DNA of 63,302 nucleotides, filler included, from Choristocarpus tenellus KU-1152 (lineage: Eukaryota > Protista > Phaeophyceae), in the NCBI GenBank assembly GCA_964200185.2. It is 12 parts of 12 records of this genome, joined end to end, with 100 filler letters (N's around TTAATTAATTAA, not from the genome) between each part and the next. Parts side by side here need not be neighbours in the genome. Positions count along the whole stretch, not along the records: positions 23,764 to 27,601 come from CAXNAD020017643.1; positions 27,702 to 35,908 come from CAXNAD020004996.1; positions 36,009 to 38,659 come from CAXNAD020025953.1; positions 38,760 to 42,451 come from CAXNAD020018484.1; 8 more parts are not named here. One strand, 5' to 3'. Position 1 is the first letter of the stretch. Every line of letters begins with the position of its first letter. Positions 26,240 through 38,949 of the stretch are shown here, piece after piece. The notes under the pieces are model-generated. The model did not search any database, was not told where the DNA came from, and saw only the letters and a program-made list of their open reading frames with translations. The translations under genes were made by a program, and so were the position numbers.

Positions 26240-27410
26240 AGCTTGAGCAGGGAGGGCACAGCACAAAATCAATCGCTTTCTGAACAAGATCCGATTCGAC
26301 TTATTTTAAACAAAACTGGCCAACCTTCAAGAGAGGGATGTCCTTCATTAGTGCTAGCTTACCACGAGAACCAGGGTGGGGAAGGGACCAATGCATGGAC
26401 TTTCACACAACCTTTAGAAGCAGCACACTGGATTCTTCCTGTGGAGTTTACACTCGCAGTTGGCATATCTCTAGGGAGGGAGGAGGCCCTATCCAACAGG
26501 TGATAAGTGGCAGGGTGCAGGAGGCCGAATGTCGACACATGACATGCCCAAACCTGCCCTAGGTGAGAGGACAGGTACGTCAGCACACGCCTATGATAAT
26601 ACACCTACAACAATTCCACGAGTTCTACAGGGCAATGGGCATCCCTTGCACTACGGAGGATGGCAGCTTTTTTACACTGGACAGAAACTTCCGCATCATG
26701 GATGTGACGTTCCATTCTGGGACACTTTCAGACATCGGCTCAGCTCTAAGGGCTCTTCTGGATATTTCTTTTGTATATGTCCAACCAGGCTGTTTTTGCC
26801 CCATTCATCAACCAACAATGGTGGAGTGCTACGACAGCTGAGGTGTGAAAGCACACCCACCATGAGAGATCTTTTGACCCTCGTATTATTAATCTCAACA
26901 CCTTCGCGGTGGAAAGTTTTGGGCGGCTTGGTAAGCAAGAAATAATATTTCTGGATGAGTTGACTACACGTGCAGTCTGGGGGAGAGGGGGGGGAGGTTA
27001 TACCAGGAATTGGACTGTCAAGTCCCATTTGAGGGTGATAGTGTCCGCCACTGCACAACAAGGGGCTCTCTTGAGATGCCTTATGCAATGTCAAGTTAGA
27101 GACATTGGGCAGGTGGGGCAAGAAGAGACCTGACAGATTCTTGGGATACTTCGCTAGTTCCTGGCCCACCTTTGTAGGGCTATGTTTTATAACCATAGCA
27201 GTGCACACATTACCTTTTTATTGGGCAACCTCTAGGGACATTGTCTTAATGTTAGTTTTTTAATAGTATGTATTTTTTCGAGATGTATGTTGGCATTGAC
27301 AACACTTGTCTTTTGTATTTACAGCAGTCGTCCTTATGTGTATGTATGTTTCCCCCTGAAACATCTACAAGATATTAGAGGGCATATGTGAAAAATATTG
27401 AAATAGGCAG
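26240..27410 (+). mobile_element. Decayed RLE LINE copy (Cys/His knuckle, RLE and 3' UTR)
   Basis: MGIPCTTEDGSFFTLDRNFR.MDVTF...LLDISF is homologous to 42947-43303. It ends in the family 3' motif TTCCCCCTGAAACATCTACAAGATATTAGAGGGCAT. Confidence 0.72.
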
Positions 27411-27801
27411 AGAGGTTCTTCAGACTGAATGGGAGTGGGAAGACCCACAGGGTCAAAGTATCTGGAGGGGGGTGGCGGCTGTCCATTTGGGGTCAATTTT
27501 TTCATATCGCGTTTTTTTGGGTGACTTGGTTACATACATCTAATGGATAATGTAAATGCACTTTACCTTATTTTGACCCAAATGGACACCCAGGTGTGGA
27601 CNNNNNNNNNNNNNNNNNNNNNNNNNNNNNNNNNNNNNNNNNNNNTTAATTAATTAANNNNNNNNNNNNNNNNNNNNNNNNNNNNNNNNNNNNNNNNNNN
27701 NCCCCCCCCCCTCCCCCCCCCCCCCCCTCCTCCACCCATTTTTTTTTTTTTTTTTTTTTTGTTTCCCCCCCCCCCCCCCCCCCCCCCCCTTGATTTTATA
27801 G

Positions 27802-30800
27802 GTCATGCGCCCCAATGGTGTGAGTCATATGACAGTCAACGACGACCAGGAGGGGGTGGAACAAATCCTGAAGTGGCTCTCGTTTGTACCTAAGACCGCC
27901 ACTGGCAGCCCTCCTCTTGTACCAGTAACAGACCCTGTCCATCGGACTGTGGACTTCTACCCCACCAAGGCTGCATATGACCCAAGGGAGCTCTGTGCAG
28001 GGAAGCTGGGGCCGGATGGGTCTTCGTGGGTGTCTGGGTTCTTTGACAGGGGGTCATTCCAGGAGTACCTTGCTGGCTGGGGCAAGTCTGTAGTTGTGGG
28101 GAGGGCCCGTCTGGGCGGCATCCCGATGGGTGTGATCTGTGTTGAGACACGTCTCAGTGAGCAGGTGGGGGGGGTGGGGGTGAATGGAATTGGTAGAGTG
28201 CATGGGGGGATGATTGGGAATGCTTTGTGTGGTGTTTTGTTTTGTTTTGTTTTTGTTAGGGGGATTTTTGCAGGGGGATTTTTGCAGGGTCTCTTCATTG
28301 GGAACTGATTTTTTTGGTGTGAAAGCTGTGTTGTAGATGTGTACGATTTTTTGTTTTTGAAAACATGAGTGTGGCTTGCTATGCTGTACTGAACATACAT
28401 ATGTTTACAAAGATCTGTGCCCCCCTCTTTGGCTTCTCTTTCTTCCTCCCTCGTCCTTGATAATCTGCAAACTTTTGACATGTTTTTTTTTTCAAGATTA
28501 TCCCTGCGGATCCAGCCAACCCTGATTCTCGTGAGGTGATTCAGGCTCAGGCGGGACAGGTGAGGAAAGCATTTGCCTGTAAGCATTCATCTCTCATTTG
28601 CCTGTCGCTACTCTCTTGGACCTACTATCTAGTGTATGCATCAATGCAGGTTTCATTTTCAATCCCTCCCTTCTCCCATTCCACACTCTCACACCGATTG
28701 ATCATCGATCTCATTTATTTAGTTTGTAGAGGTAACACCTTTGAACTACAGTAATTACTGTGAGGGTTAGGGTTAGTCTAGTTTGTCAACCCCACCCTCC
28801 ACCCCCTTTCTCAAACCACTCCTTTGTGTGTATTTTGATGGTGTGAATAATTATTTGTTTCTATAGGTGTGGTTCCCAGATTCTGCCTACAAGACTGCCC
28901 AGGCGATCAGTGACTTCAACCGGGGGGAAAATCTTCCTCTGATCATCTTTGCAAACTGGAGGGGATTCAGTGGCGGAACTCGAGACATGTGGGAAGGATT
29001 TGAACATTGTTCTTGTTGAGAGATGTGTGGATATTGAATTTGATATTTGTTTGGTTCATTTGTGAGGATGAGAACATATTCTTTCTTTGTCTTGCAATTT
29101 GAAGTGGTTATGTGCTCGTACGTATGTTACATATATATATATATATATATATACCATTTGATCTAGTTTTATAGAAAAACGCTAGATACTCATACAGAAG
29201 GTCTAGGCCTTGAAACATACGTTCTCGTGTAGTTCAGTTTCTAAAAGGATGGGTTATGCTCGCATGCGAAGTCTTTTGCTTCAATTATGGATACAATTTA
29301 CCCATCCTTACCTTTATATAATTGTTCAGATTATATTTATTGGCTATTCTTATTGTATGAGTTATGGATAAGAGACTGCAGCAGTCACTAATGCTCCTTC
29401 GAGAGTGACGTTATTCTTTGTCACCCGCGAGTGAATGCATGTCATCGCGAGCGCTAGCGCGGCGATCCAGGGTTGTAGGCGCGTTATGTCGCGGAAGTAT
29501 TTGGCAGAAGACTCGCCACAGTCGCGTTGCTCCTTCGAGAGTGACGGAATTGTTTGTCACCCGCGAGCGAATGCGCGGCTATCTATAGGTGTAGGCGTGT
29601 TATGTTGTGGAATATTAAGGAAAAGAGATTGACGTATTACTTCTTTCTTTGCAAAGGAATAATATATTTCTCATACTTATTTTTTTCATCTTTATATTTA
29701 TCAGCGTCGGGTAGAGGGTCTTTTATTTTTTGTGATATTTGGTCCTATTTCGGATAGTTCTTCAATAATTTCTACCCATCTTATAAGATCAGGAGATTCT
29801 TCACTTCTAGCATCTATAGGGCACTCTGGTACACATACTCCGCAATCGATGCATTCATCTGGATTAATTACTAGCATTAATTCATGCTCATAAAAGATAC
29901 ATGTATATATGGAGGTGCTGCTGATGTTCCACTCGTTGCGCTGTTGCTATTTTATATTTATTGTTGCTTTTGACAATACAGGAGCAGAAGATGTACAATG
30001 CATTATCAGTACCTACTGTTGGCGTATTTCAGATAGGTTGAGGGGCGTAGTGCGTGTATATATTGGGATGGCGTTTATTCTTTTTTTATGTTTTACTGTT
30101 ATTTTCTGTGCGGTGTTACACCTTGGTACAAAATACACACTAGTGTGATTTCTTAATTTCTTACCAAGTACGAAATCCACATACGTAGTCTTTGAAGGTC
30201 ATGCATACCTGCTCTTGTATGTACTGTATATGATGTAATTGTGAGTATGCCTCCAAGATTGACTCCGCTTTTGTCCTCTGAATCAAATTTGTTTTTTGTT
30301 TTTTACTGGTAAGGTACGGAGAGATTCTTAAGTTTGGAGCACAGATTGTGAATGCACTTGTTGACTACAAGCACCCTGTCTTTGTGTACATCCCACCCAA
30401 TGGAGAACTCCGAGGAGGGGCTTGGGTGGTGATTGATCCTACCATCAACGAAGAGGTAAAGAGAGGAGGGGTTAGTGTTTTTTTGTTTTTATCACTGCAT
30501 TATTTATTTAGTTTTTGGGGTACAAGCGGTGGTAGATTGCAGGGGGTGTTGGTTTTGCCCTCTGGAGGAAGTGCACGTGTTTGCTATAGTGTATTTTACT
30601 TTATTTTTGCTATTTTACGTTTGCTTTAGTGTATTTTATTTTATTACGTCTCTTGTGGTGTATGGCATTTTATTTCTTATTTGTTAGGGTGTACGGTGTG
30701 GAGCTGGTTTGTGTGGGAGTTAAGGGTTGGGGCTGTGTTCGGTAGAGTGTGAGAGACTACATGTTCTGATGTGTGTGTGTGTGTGTGTTAGATATCTCTG

Positions 30801-33528
30801 GTAATGACTTTTGATGCATTCAATTGTTGTATTGTTTTGTGTTAGGTGATGGAAATGTATGCTGATGTGGAGTCAAGGGGAGGTATCCTGGAGCCACCTG
30901 GCATCTGTGAGGTCAAGTTCCGAGGGGCAGACCAGATTGCGAAGATGCACCAGGTAGGAGTGATAGGAGATCAGTTGCTCCGGAGTGCTCTGGAGCCTTG
31001 TTGTATCCGGGGTTGTTTCCACCACCGGTACAGTTGTAGGTCTAGCAAGTATGTCTTTGAATGAAGGGTGGAATGATGTTGTGGGACACATCCCGGAATA
31101 CAATTGGTTCAACTTGTGTTTTGATAATCCTTTGATGCTTGAGGGGGAGGGTGAAAGGTGTTGTAGCAAGAAATGGGGATGGTCTGCTTGATACAGGGTG
31201 TGGTTTATTTCCTCACAGATGTTTTTGTTCCGTAGTGGAAAGTTCTTCAAACTTGTGAAGTTCCGCCCTTTTAATCCCATGTGTGGACTGAAACCTTTTT
31301 TTCTGAGACCTATTTGATCTAGCATCGGTCTATTTTACTTGTAACATATTTTGCATGGTTAAGGTGTACCTCGATTGTACACGAGTTTAGTGATTTTTAG
31401 TCTTTCTAAACACAAGTTGCAATTGTTAGGAAAGAGGGCAATCCCCAAATATTTTCATGTCAATCTACCTAGGCCACCTGTTGCATAGTATTTGTTATCT
31501 CCAACAAGAGCGCACTTGTGACCTATTTGACATTTTGTGGTGTACCTGAATGTGTTAATCAGCTTGATGAAGTCCTGAAGGGGCTGGACTTGGATGTGGA
31601 GGCGGCAGTTTCAGAGGACGATGCACAACGGCTACGGGAGCAGATCAAGCAGCGGGAGGAGGCCCTCATGCCAATGTACCTTCAGGCAAGTAGGATGGAA
31701 ACTTTTAAAAGTTTGTTGATGTTAGCAGCAGTGTCGTGCTGTAGATGGATTGCCAACAGCTGGATGGACTGAGTGAGGTAGACAGGGTCAGAGGGACTGC
31801 AAATTTCTTGTGACTCTTTTCACCGGTGTGCCGTTTTATTAATTGTTTTGGTACGTGTGTGTATGTGTGTGTGTCTGTTCTGTGTATTCAGGTTGCTCAT
31901 GAGTTTGCAGATCTCCATGATCGTTCAGGGCGTATGAAGGCTAAGGGTGTTGTACGGGATATCCTTGACTGGAGCACCTCTAGGGAGTACTTCTACTGGA
32001 GGACAAGGCGTCGTCTGGCTGAGAATGAGGTGTGGAGGAGGAGGCTGAGAGAGAGTATGTATGCTCTGCTGGTTGGGTTTCTTTGTGCGTTCGTTGTTCC
32101 AACGTGCCTGTCGTTGCGGTGTTTTGAGAGTGACATGGATTTCACGGGCACAGGGGGATGTGGAGGGGGCAAGCGTGTTGATTTTGTAGTGAGTTGGAGG
32201 GTGAGGGTGCTTGTTGTCGACCCTGTGGGGTTGGCATTGATTGGTGTTTGTGGTTGTTCCTCGCCCTCCCAATGAAGTGGTTGCCTTTGGTTTCTGTTGT
32301 AATCAAGTATTTTTTTTTTTCTCTTGAGTTTTTTGGGTTCGGGAAGAATTTGGTATAATGCTTTATTTGATGTTTTTTGTGCCATATGTTTTGATTTGTT
32401 TTTTACTTAAAAAGCTGGAGTGAGATTTCTGCAATGTCTTTTGTGTTTCTGATATGACGTCCCTGTTCTTGTTGTTTGTTGTCTTCCGGTTGGGGGGGGT
32501 CTACTCACAGGTCCGCAAGGTGTTCAAGGAAGCGGATCCGTTATTGACCTATGATGATGTCACCAGAGCTATGCAGGTCAGTGATTTTAATTCTTTTCAT
32601 TTCTTTTGCACTTGTTTTCTTTCTTTTTTTCAAATGCTGCATAGTACTCTATTGTATTGTGTCACATCTTATACCTCCTCTTCATCCATGCTGTGAGACT
32701 ATGACATTTCAATATTGGGACTTGTAATTCTTTTGTACATTTTTCCACCTCTTATCAACCACCTCGTTGGTTTGTATACCCTTATGTCCGTATCCTGTTC
32801 CTAGGGCATGTGCCCAGAGTGGGAGGATGACAAGGCGGTGCTGAAGTGGACTGAGGAGGACAAGGAGGTCATTGGTACCAAAGTCCAAGGACTGCGCTTG
32901 TGAGTTGATTGCCGTTACCATAGCATAATGGGTACCCAGAAAACAATCTTCCATATTTTCCTTTTGTATTTGGAGATGGTGAGATGTTAAGAATGTCTTG
33001 ACTGCCAATACTGCTACTGAGGATCACTCATGTGTAGTGATTGATATCTTTTCTGTATAATGCATAAAAATATGTAAGGATTCATGTGTCCCTACTACAT
33101 AGGGATACACATTCCGTCGATCCCCCTTTACATTTAAATGTAAATTTACCCCAACTGCTGTTCATACTGCTCTCAGTGATCATTGTTGTTGTGACATAGA
33201 CGACTGCTTTGATATCACCATGATCTGGTTCTGGTAGGCTTGGTTCATTATTGATCTTTTTTTATTCAATCAAGTCCACTATTTCTGTACTAAACAGCAG
33301 CAAATCGATGTTTTGCTGTCTCATCTCCTTGTCTCTCTTTCTTCTACTACTATATATGCCCACGTTGGGCTACATCTTTCAACTCCGATATCTTCTGAAA
33401 CTGTACCCATGGGTGGTGGATTCCTGGTCGGTTTCAGCGAGGCTGCGTTACGGGACGCCCAGGGGATTTTGAAGAACCTCACGCCGGAGATGAAAGAACA
33501 GGTCATTGACTCACTCAAGAGTGGTTAA
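27802..33528 (+). CDS. ACC1: Multidomain acetyl-CoA carboxylase, C-terminal carboxyltransferase part (exons 27802-28164, 28497-28559, 28867-28988, 30314-30455, 30846-30953, 31563-31685, 31892-32029, 32511-32576, 32805-32899, 33438-33528)
   Basis: Conserved ACC motifs [74 protein letters not shown] and [15 protein letters not shown]. The exons splice in phase to a TAA. Confidence 0.96.
29393..29620. repeat. Imperfect direct repeat (two units ~136 bp apart) in an ACC intron
   Basis: GCTCCTTCGAGAGTGACG...TTTGTCACCCGCGAG.GAATGC at 29393 and 29529. Confidence 0.8.
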
Positions 33529-34419
33529 ATATAACCTATTTGAGCGAAAAATAACAAGGGGGGCTGTGGGATGGAGTTGGGTGGGGGGTGGGGGGGAACA
33601 GATTGCACAGACATTTGTTTGGATTGGAGGTGATTTGACTGAGAGGCAGGCAAGGTGTTCTCACCATGATAGCATTTGTCTTTGTTTTGGATGAGGTTTG
33701 TTCATCGATCTGTTCGTGAGGTGTAACGATTGAGACAAAATGGACTTTGTTTGAGCTTCTGTGTGTTAGCCATTGGCAGCACCCTTGCCAGTAGTGCTAG
33801 GTTTCTTGAGGAGATGTAAACGACTCCTTAAGGTGTGCAGGGGCGCCGATGTCACACAAGAGGTTGTACAGGCCTAGTTGCAGGTAGAGATGGGGCATCT
33901 ATGTTTTCCTATTTCATTGGTTCAATGTGTCGTGATGGATAGTGCCAGGATGTATTCACATGGCGCAGTGTTAGCTATCCAGGTGTAGTCTCTGTCTTAT
34001 CCTCTTTTTGTTTTTTTTTCATGATCATGTAGTTTATGTGATTGAGTGAACCTTGGATCATGGGTGCTGAGTTTGGCAGCCTCGAAGAGCTGATTGTGGA
34101 TTGGACATTTATTGTGAGTTCATGTCATGTGACTGCCACCAACTGAACCAACTGGATGTAATCTAAAACCTGGGAGTCCTTGTTGGGGTAAATTAACAGA
34201 TTAGACTAGATGAGAGTGGTAATGGTACCACTAGGTAGCCTGGTAGCGCCTGAGTGTCAACTCTGGAGGAGACCTAAGTGTGCTTAGGCAGCGAGATGTT
34301 GATCCTTCAAGGGTATCAATTACCTGTCAGGTCAGTATCTACGTGCTTTCAGTGGGGGGAGGGTAGTTAAATAGGAAGCCCATCTGTGCCTAATCTATTG
34401 CGCCAACGTGTTACTGTGG

Positions 34420-34800
34420 TACACAATAATACAGTATAGTTGTGTATTGGTTCGAAGAAGTGGGAATATTTCATATTGACATATGGTTTGTTATCACCAG
34501 TCAGCCTACTTGCTTTTTCCATCCGTGGGTGTCTTTTGGGAGAGTAGTGGGGCAGGTGCATGGGAGTTTGTGGACTAGGTTCTATAGTGGGTTGGAGACG
34601 AAAGGCGAGCTGGACTTGACACTGGGATTTGGAATGGAATGGGTTGTGGCCGCAAAAATATTGGAGTATGTAGGATTCTTACTGCTCTTGAGTGGCTCAT
34701 CTTTCTGGGACAATGAGGATATCATTGATTCTAGTATTGCAACTGTGTACTTGACAGTAGTGGGTACTGCTTGTCTGGTTTTAAAGCACACGTACCATTT
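34420..34800 (-). mobile_element. Possible Penelope-like GIY-YIG remnant
   Basis: NLVHKLPCTCP resembles N.VY.I.C.C. It is heavily degenerate. Confidence 0.25.
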
Positions 34801-34996
34801 TGTGAGGATTCCAACAGACAAGTAACTGTTGTAATCGATGATTGTCCCGCCAAGCCATTCCTGTCGTTAGCAGACAGAAAGGTTGGTAACCTTTCTTGTT
34901 ATATCTTCCTCGTGTTTTATTAGCACCTGCAGAACAAAAACGCGATACACGATATGGTACGATATGAACCATAAATTACTTTCTTCAACACCAAAA

Positions 34997-35256
34997 GAGT
35001 CACAAAGTAAACGAGAGGTGCCCAGATTTGGCCGTTCCCCTTTTAAAGCCAGTTTTTTTATTCTTTACAATTCACCCATCTTTCTAACAACAGATGAAGT
35101 ACTAAGAATGACTTGGGATTTTCGATTTCCTTAGATATTTTTTGACAGAGTTGAGAAAGTGTCCTACACGCATTTGGAAAAGAACTGGCGAATTTTACAC
35201 AAATCTCTTAATATCCTTGAAATGCAACCCTGTGTACCCCTCTCTTACTTTGACTC
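34997..35256. mobile_element. Third ~260-bp MITE type with the same GAGTCAAAGTA terminus
   Basis: GAGTCACAAAGTAAACGAGAGGTG... and ...GTACCCCTCTCTTACTTTGACTC are imperfect inverted ends. Confidence 0.55.
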
Positions 35257-36992
35257 AATGCAATGACTCAAAAATATTTGGGGTCGGGTGAAGGCTGTCC
35301 ATTTGAGGTCAATTTCTTCATGTCGCGATTTTTGCATAAAGGTGGATAATAAAAATATACTTTTCCTGAAGATCTTGGTCAAATGGACACTGGTGGAGAC
35401 CCCCCCCCAAGATACTTGGGGTCCAACAGCAATCAATTTCAACGCATTTAAGCCCAACTTGTGAAATAGTGGAAATTAAAAGAGGGTTGTTGCAGAAATC
35501 TATTTGTTTTCTTGTATATTAGGAGGAACAAAACTGATCGGCATATTCTGGCCCTGGTGGTACTTCTTGTTGGCAAGGAGGCTGAGTTGTCCAGGCAAAC
35601 CACTAGAGCTCAATTTGGTATGATTATTTTTATTGCTGTGCACTACTCGCGTTTCATTTTGAGAGCCTTAGAAATGATAGGAGATGCCTTGTTCGCTTGC
35701 CAACAGTAGCATAAAAACAATCGTATGTCCACTTCACTGCGCATTCCCGTCATTGAGGATGGAGGATACTATGGAGGATGGGTTTGACCGAAAATTGACC
35801 AGGAAAAAGTGCCGATACGTTTTTTTTTGTAACTGTTACGGCACTTTTTGAGGGCCCCTTTTTGAATGGGATATATATTTTGTTCAAAACTATTTCGGTG
35901 CTTGTGGANNNNNNNNNNNNNNNNNNNNNNNNNNNNNNNNNNNNNNNNNNNNTTAATTAATTAANNNNNNNNNNNNNNNNNNNNNNNNNNNNNNNNNNNN
36001 NNNNNNNNAAACAATATAAGGGTGAGATGGATGCACTCGGGTGAACCTTAATTGGGAGATGGAAGGGGGAGGTAGTTGTATAATGTGGGATTCAGGGGGG
36101 GGGGTGAAGGCAGCGGTCATCTTTGTTCCAACTCCTGTGGAAAGTGCAGTTGTTGTTTTTCTTGTTCAATGTGTGTTTATCCAGATTGGTCAAGTGCTCC
36201 CAAATGTGGGATAACAATGTGAGTATTATATAGCTGTTGCATTCCCCGGGAAATGTCCTGTGCGTATGTATCCCAACTTCATTGCAATTAGTGAACAAGG
36301 TGCATTAAAGGTAGCAACGGGGTAGGTGGTGCTGCTACTGATAGTTTTGATCTAAGGTGTCGATTGTAGTGCACGTAGAAGCTATATTCGAAAGGGTTCT
36401 TCTAGCCTGTACTGAGCTGTACTGAAATGCATCTCCCTTTTGGTTGTGAAGAAGAAAATCGGAGAATGAGTACCTACTTGGTCAACACTAGGGCAATATG
36501 TGTAATTTTCTGTGTAACAACCCGGATGTGTTTTGGTTGGTGTTGTGAATCATAGTGAATGGATCGCCAAAATTTGATGTCAAGTCTCGATTTTAATCAA
36601 AATCGAAAAAACCAAGGAGATAATTTTTCGGTCGTTATTTTTTCTCGTGCGTATGTGAGCTGCGTGCACTTGGCGCTTTTGCATGTGATTTAATTATAGT
36701 CTGAGTGAGTGCGCCCAATGTTTTGTTTAAAATCAGATTTAAATTTTACTTATACCCGCTTTTGATTCTCAATACTAGGGGGAAGGAGAGGGGAAAGCAC
36801 TGGGGTTCCAAATGTTAAAGATTGACCCTCTGTTTTAGACGTCAGTACCTGCGCTTCACAAACAAACCAAATAAAAATATAACCAACCTATGTGCCCCCA
36901 TCTCTCTCACTTGCCCTCCCCCACCCCCTCCCCTTCCAACTTCTTACACAAATGATCTTCCTCTCTAACTCTTGTATGGGTCTGGCACAAAG

Positions 36993-38124
36993 GTGACACT
37001 GCCCATGCAAACTGCACGTGTTTGTGAAGCTGATGTGGAGTGGGTGAGGGGGCAGTTGGAGGGACGAGGTTTGGCTGCAGGGTCACTGGTGAGTGCTGAG
37101 TATACTTGGACAGTGTGGCTCAATTCAGTGTGTGCGTTACATTTTTTGCTCCATATGACCTTGTTAGTTCTTCAATGGCATGTTACCTCATGCCCAGCAG
37201 TGACATGAAGTATACTGCTTTTTTTTGGTGGAAGGAGATTGATACGTTTGTGCTTACAAACTGCTGCTGCTGCTGCTGTTGCTGTTACATATATCTAAAT
37301 TCTGGTCCTCTGCTCTCAATAGGTCATCCCAGAGAACTTTGAGATAACCGCACCCCCAGAGGGGCAAGCATCTGGAGAAAAGGTCAGACCGTTATGTCAT
37401 GATTTGCCTTGTAAAAACTGGGTTCTTCCTCAAAAGAATGAGTTTATCTTCTGGCAAGATCAATGTGGTCTCCCAACTGATGCGTTTCTAGTGTTTGTAG
37501 TTGTTTGTTATGCCTAGAGATTTTTTCTGGCCATATCAAGTTCATGTTGACCATGCAATGCTTGTAGTGCAGAAAGGATTGTACTGGTTGCTTTGAATGA
37601 TTGGTGACAGTGACAATAGTGTCAAACAATTCTAACTCAGTTCAAGCTGTATGTTCAATCCTCCTTTTTTTTTATTGGTGTAAAGTGCACTTTTAGATGG
37701 TGGTAAGGGGAAGGAATTCTAGCAGAATTGCCATGGGAGTATAGTCTCATTTGATGCTATAGAAATTTGGACCAGTTTTGATTTTGCATGCCCAAGATCC
37801 TGCCAACTCTTCCTAATGTGTAACACAAACACCTATCTAACCAAGTCACCCAACTTTCTCTCTCAATGTTTTCCTTCTAAAAAGGACATGCGCAAGGGTC
37901 TCTTGTCCAATCCTCAAACAGATGCACTGCTGGCACTCCTTGATCTTCCGCATGTAGTTACTGTTTGTGGCTGCACACCCACCCCAAGTTTTTCCAGCAA
38001 CAATGTGCGCCCCATCGCAGCTCCTTCTGCAGAAGGGGCTAGGGAAGGGGGAGGCGTAGCAGAGTTAGATGTCAACGAAATTGAGCTTGGTGATCCCAAC
38101 GAAATAGACCTGGAGGACCTGTGA
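36993..38124 (+). CDS. DBR1: Lariat debranching enzyme, C-terminal exons 36993-37088, 37323-37382, 37885-38124
   Basis: Contains IPENFEITAP...NPQTDALLALLDL and an acidic tail DPNEIDLEDL, typical of the DBR1 C-terminal domain. Splice sites are in phase. Confidence 0.72.
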
Positions 38125-38949
38125 ATTTGATGCTGGGTTTAGTTGGTTATGTGTGCATGTGCTTGATGTTCCACATCCTGTGGAAGGTTGTTAATACAGG
38201 TTTAGGTGGGAATGTTCTTGCATCGATGGGCCTGCAGCAGACCATGGTAGAGAACCTCAATACTTTACCCTACAAAACATGGTGTGAAGTGGTGGTATCC
38301 ACGTAGACCTATTCGTAGAGGAGAAATAGATAAGTTCGTAAATGGCTAATGCAAGGAGGTAATGTACAGCAATCAATAGTGGAGATCAAGACTTCCTACA
38401 GCTTATTGCCGCCTATGTCTACTTTTACCCTTGACCGCCTGATAACAAGCTTTTGACTCGTCTGACATTCTTAATGCTATATTGAGATGTTTGAGGCTTT
38501 AAGTATCTGAAGGGGTGTGGCGGCTGTCTGTTGGGGTCAATTTTTTCATGTCGCGATTTTTGGGTGATTTGGTTGCATACATCAGATAACAGGTCTTTCT
38601 CAAAATTGAGGATGGTGCAGGACTATGAGGATGGTTGTTTTGCGAAAACGGTCTTAAAANNNNNNNNNNNNNNNNNNNNNNNNNNNNNNNNNNNNNNNNN
38701 NNNTTAATTAATTAANNNNNNNNNNNNNNNNNNNNNNNNNNNNNNNNNNNNNNNNNNNNGTTGCTCTACAATGAAATTTCGACCCCATCCTCCCCCCCAC
38801 CCCCCACCCCCCACCCCAATCTCTGTGTCACGACTCCTAAGCTGATTATGACCATTACCATCCCCTCACCTGTCTCTGTTTCCTCTATGCCACTTCTACA
38901 TTGCCATTGTGCCCCTGCTGTCAAATTTCTCTCTCCCTTTACGTCCAAG

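Noticed and set aside
27702-38124. Functional clustering of the MITE/introner with DBR1 or other genes in the window
   Set aside because: The genes are on separate concatenated contigs, so their adjacency carries no information.
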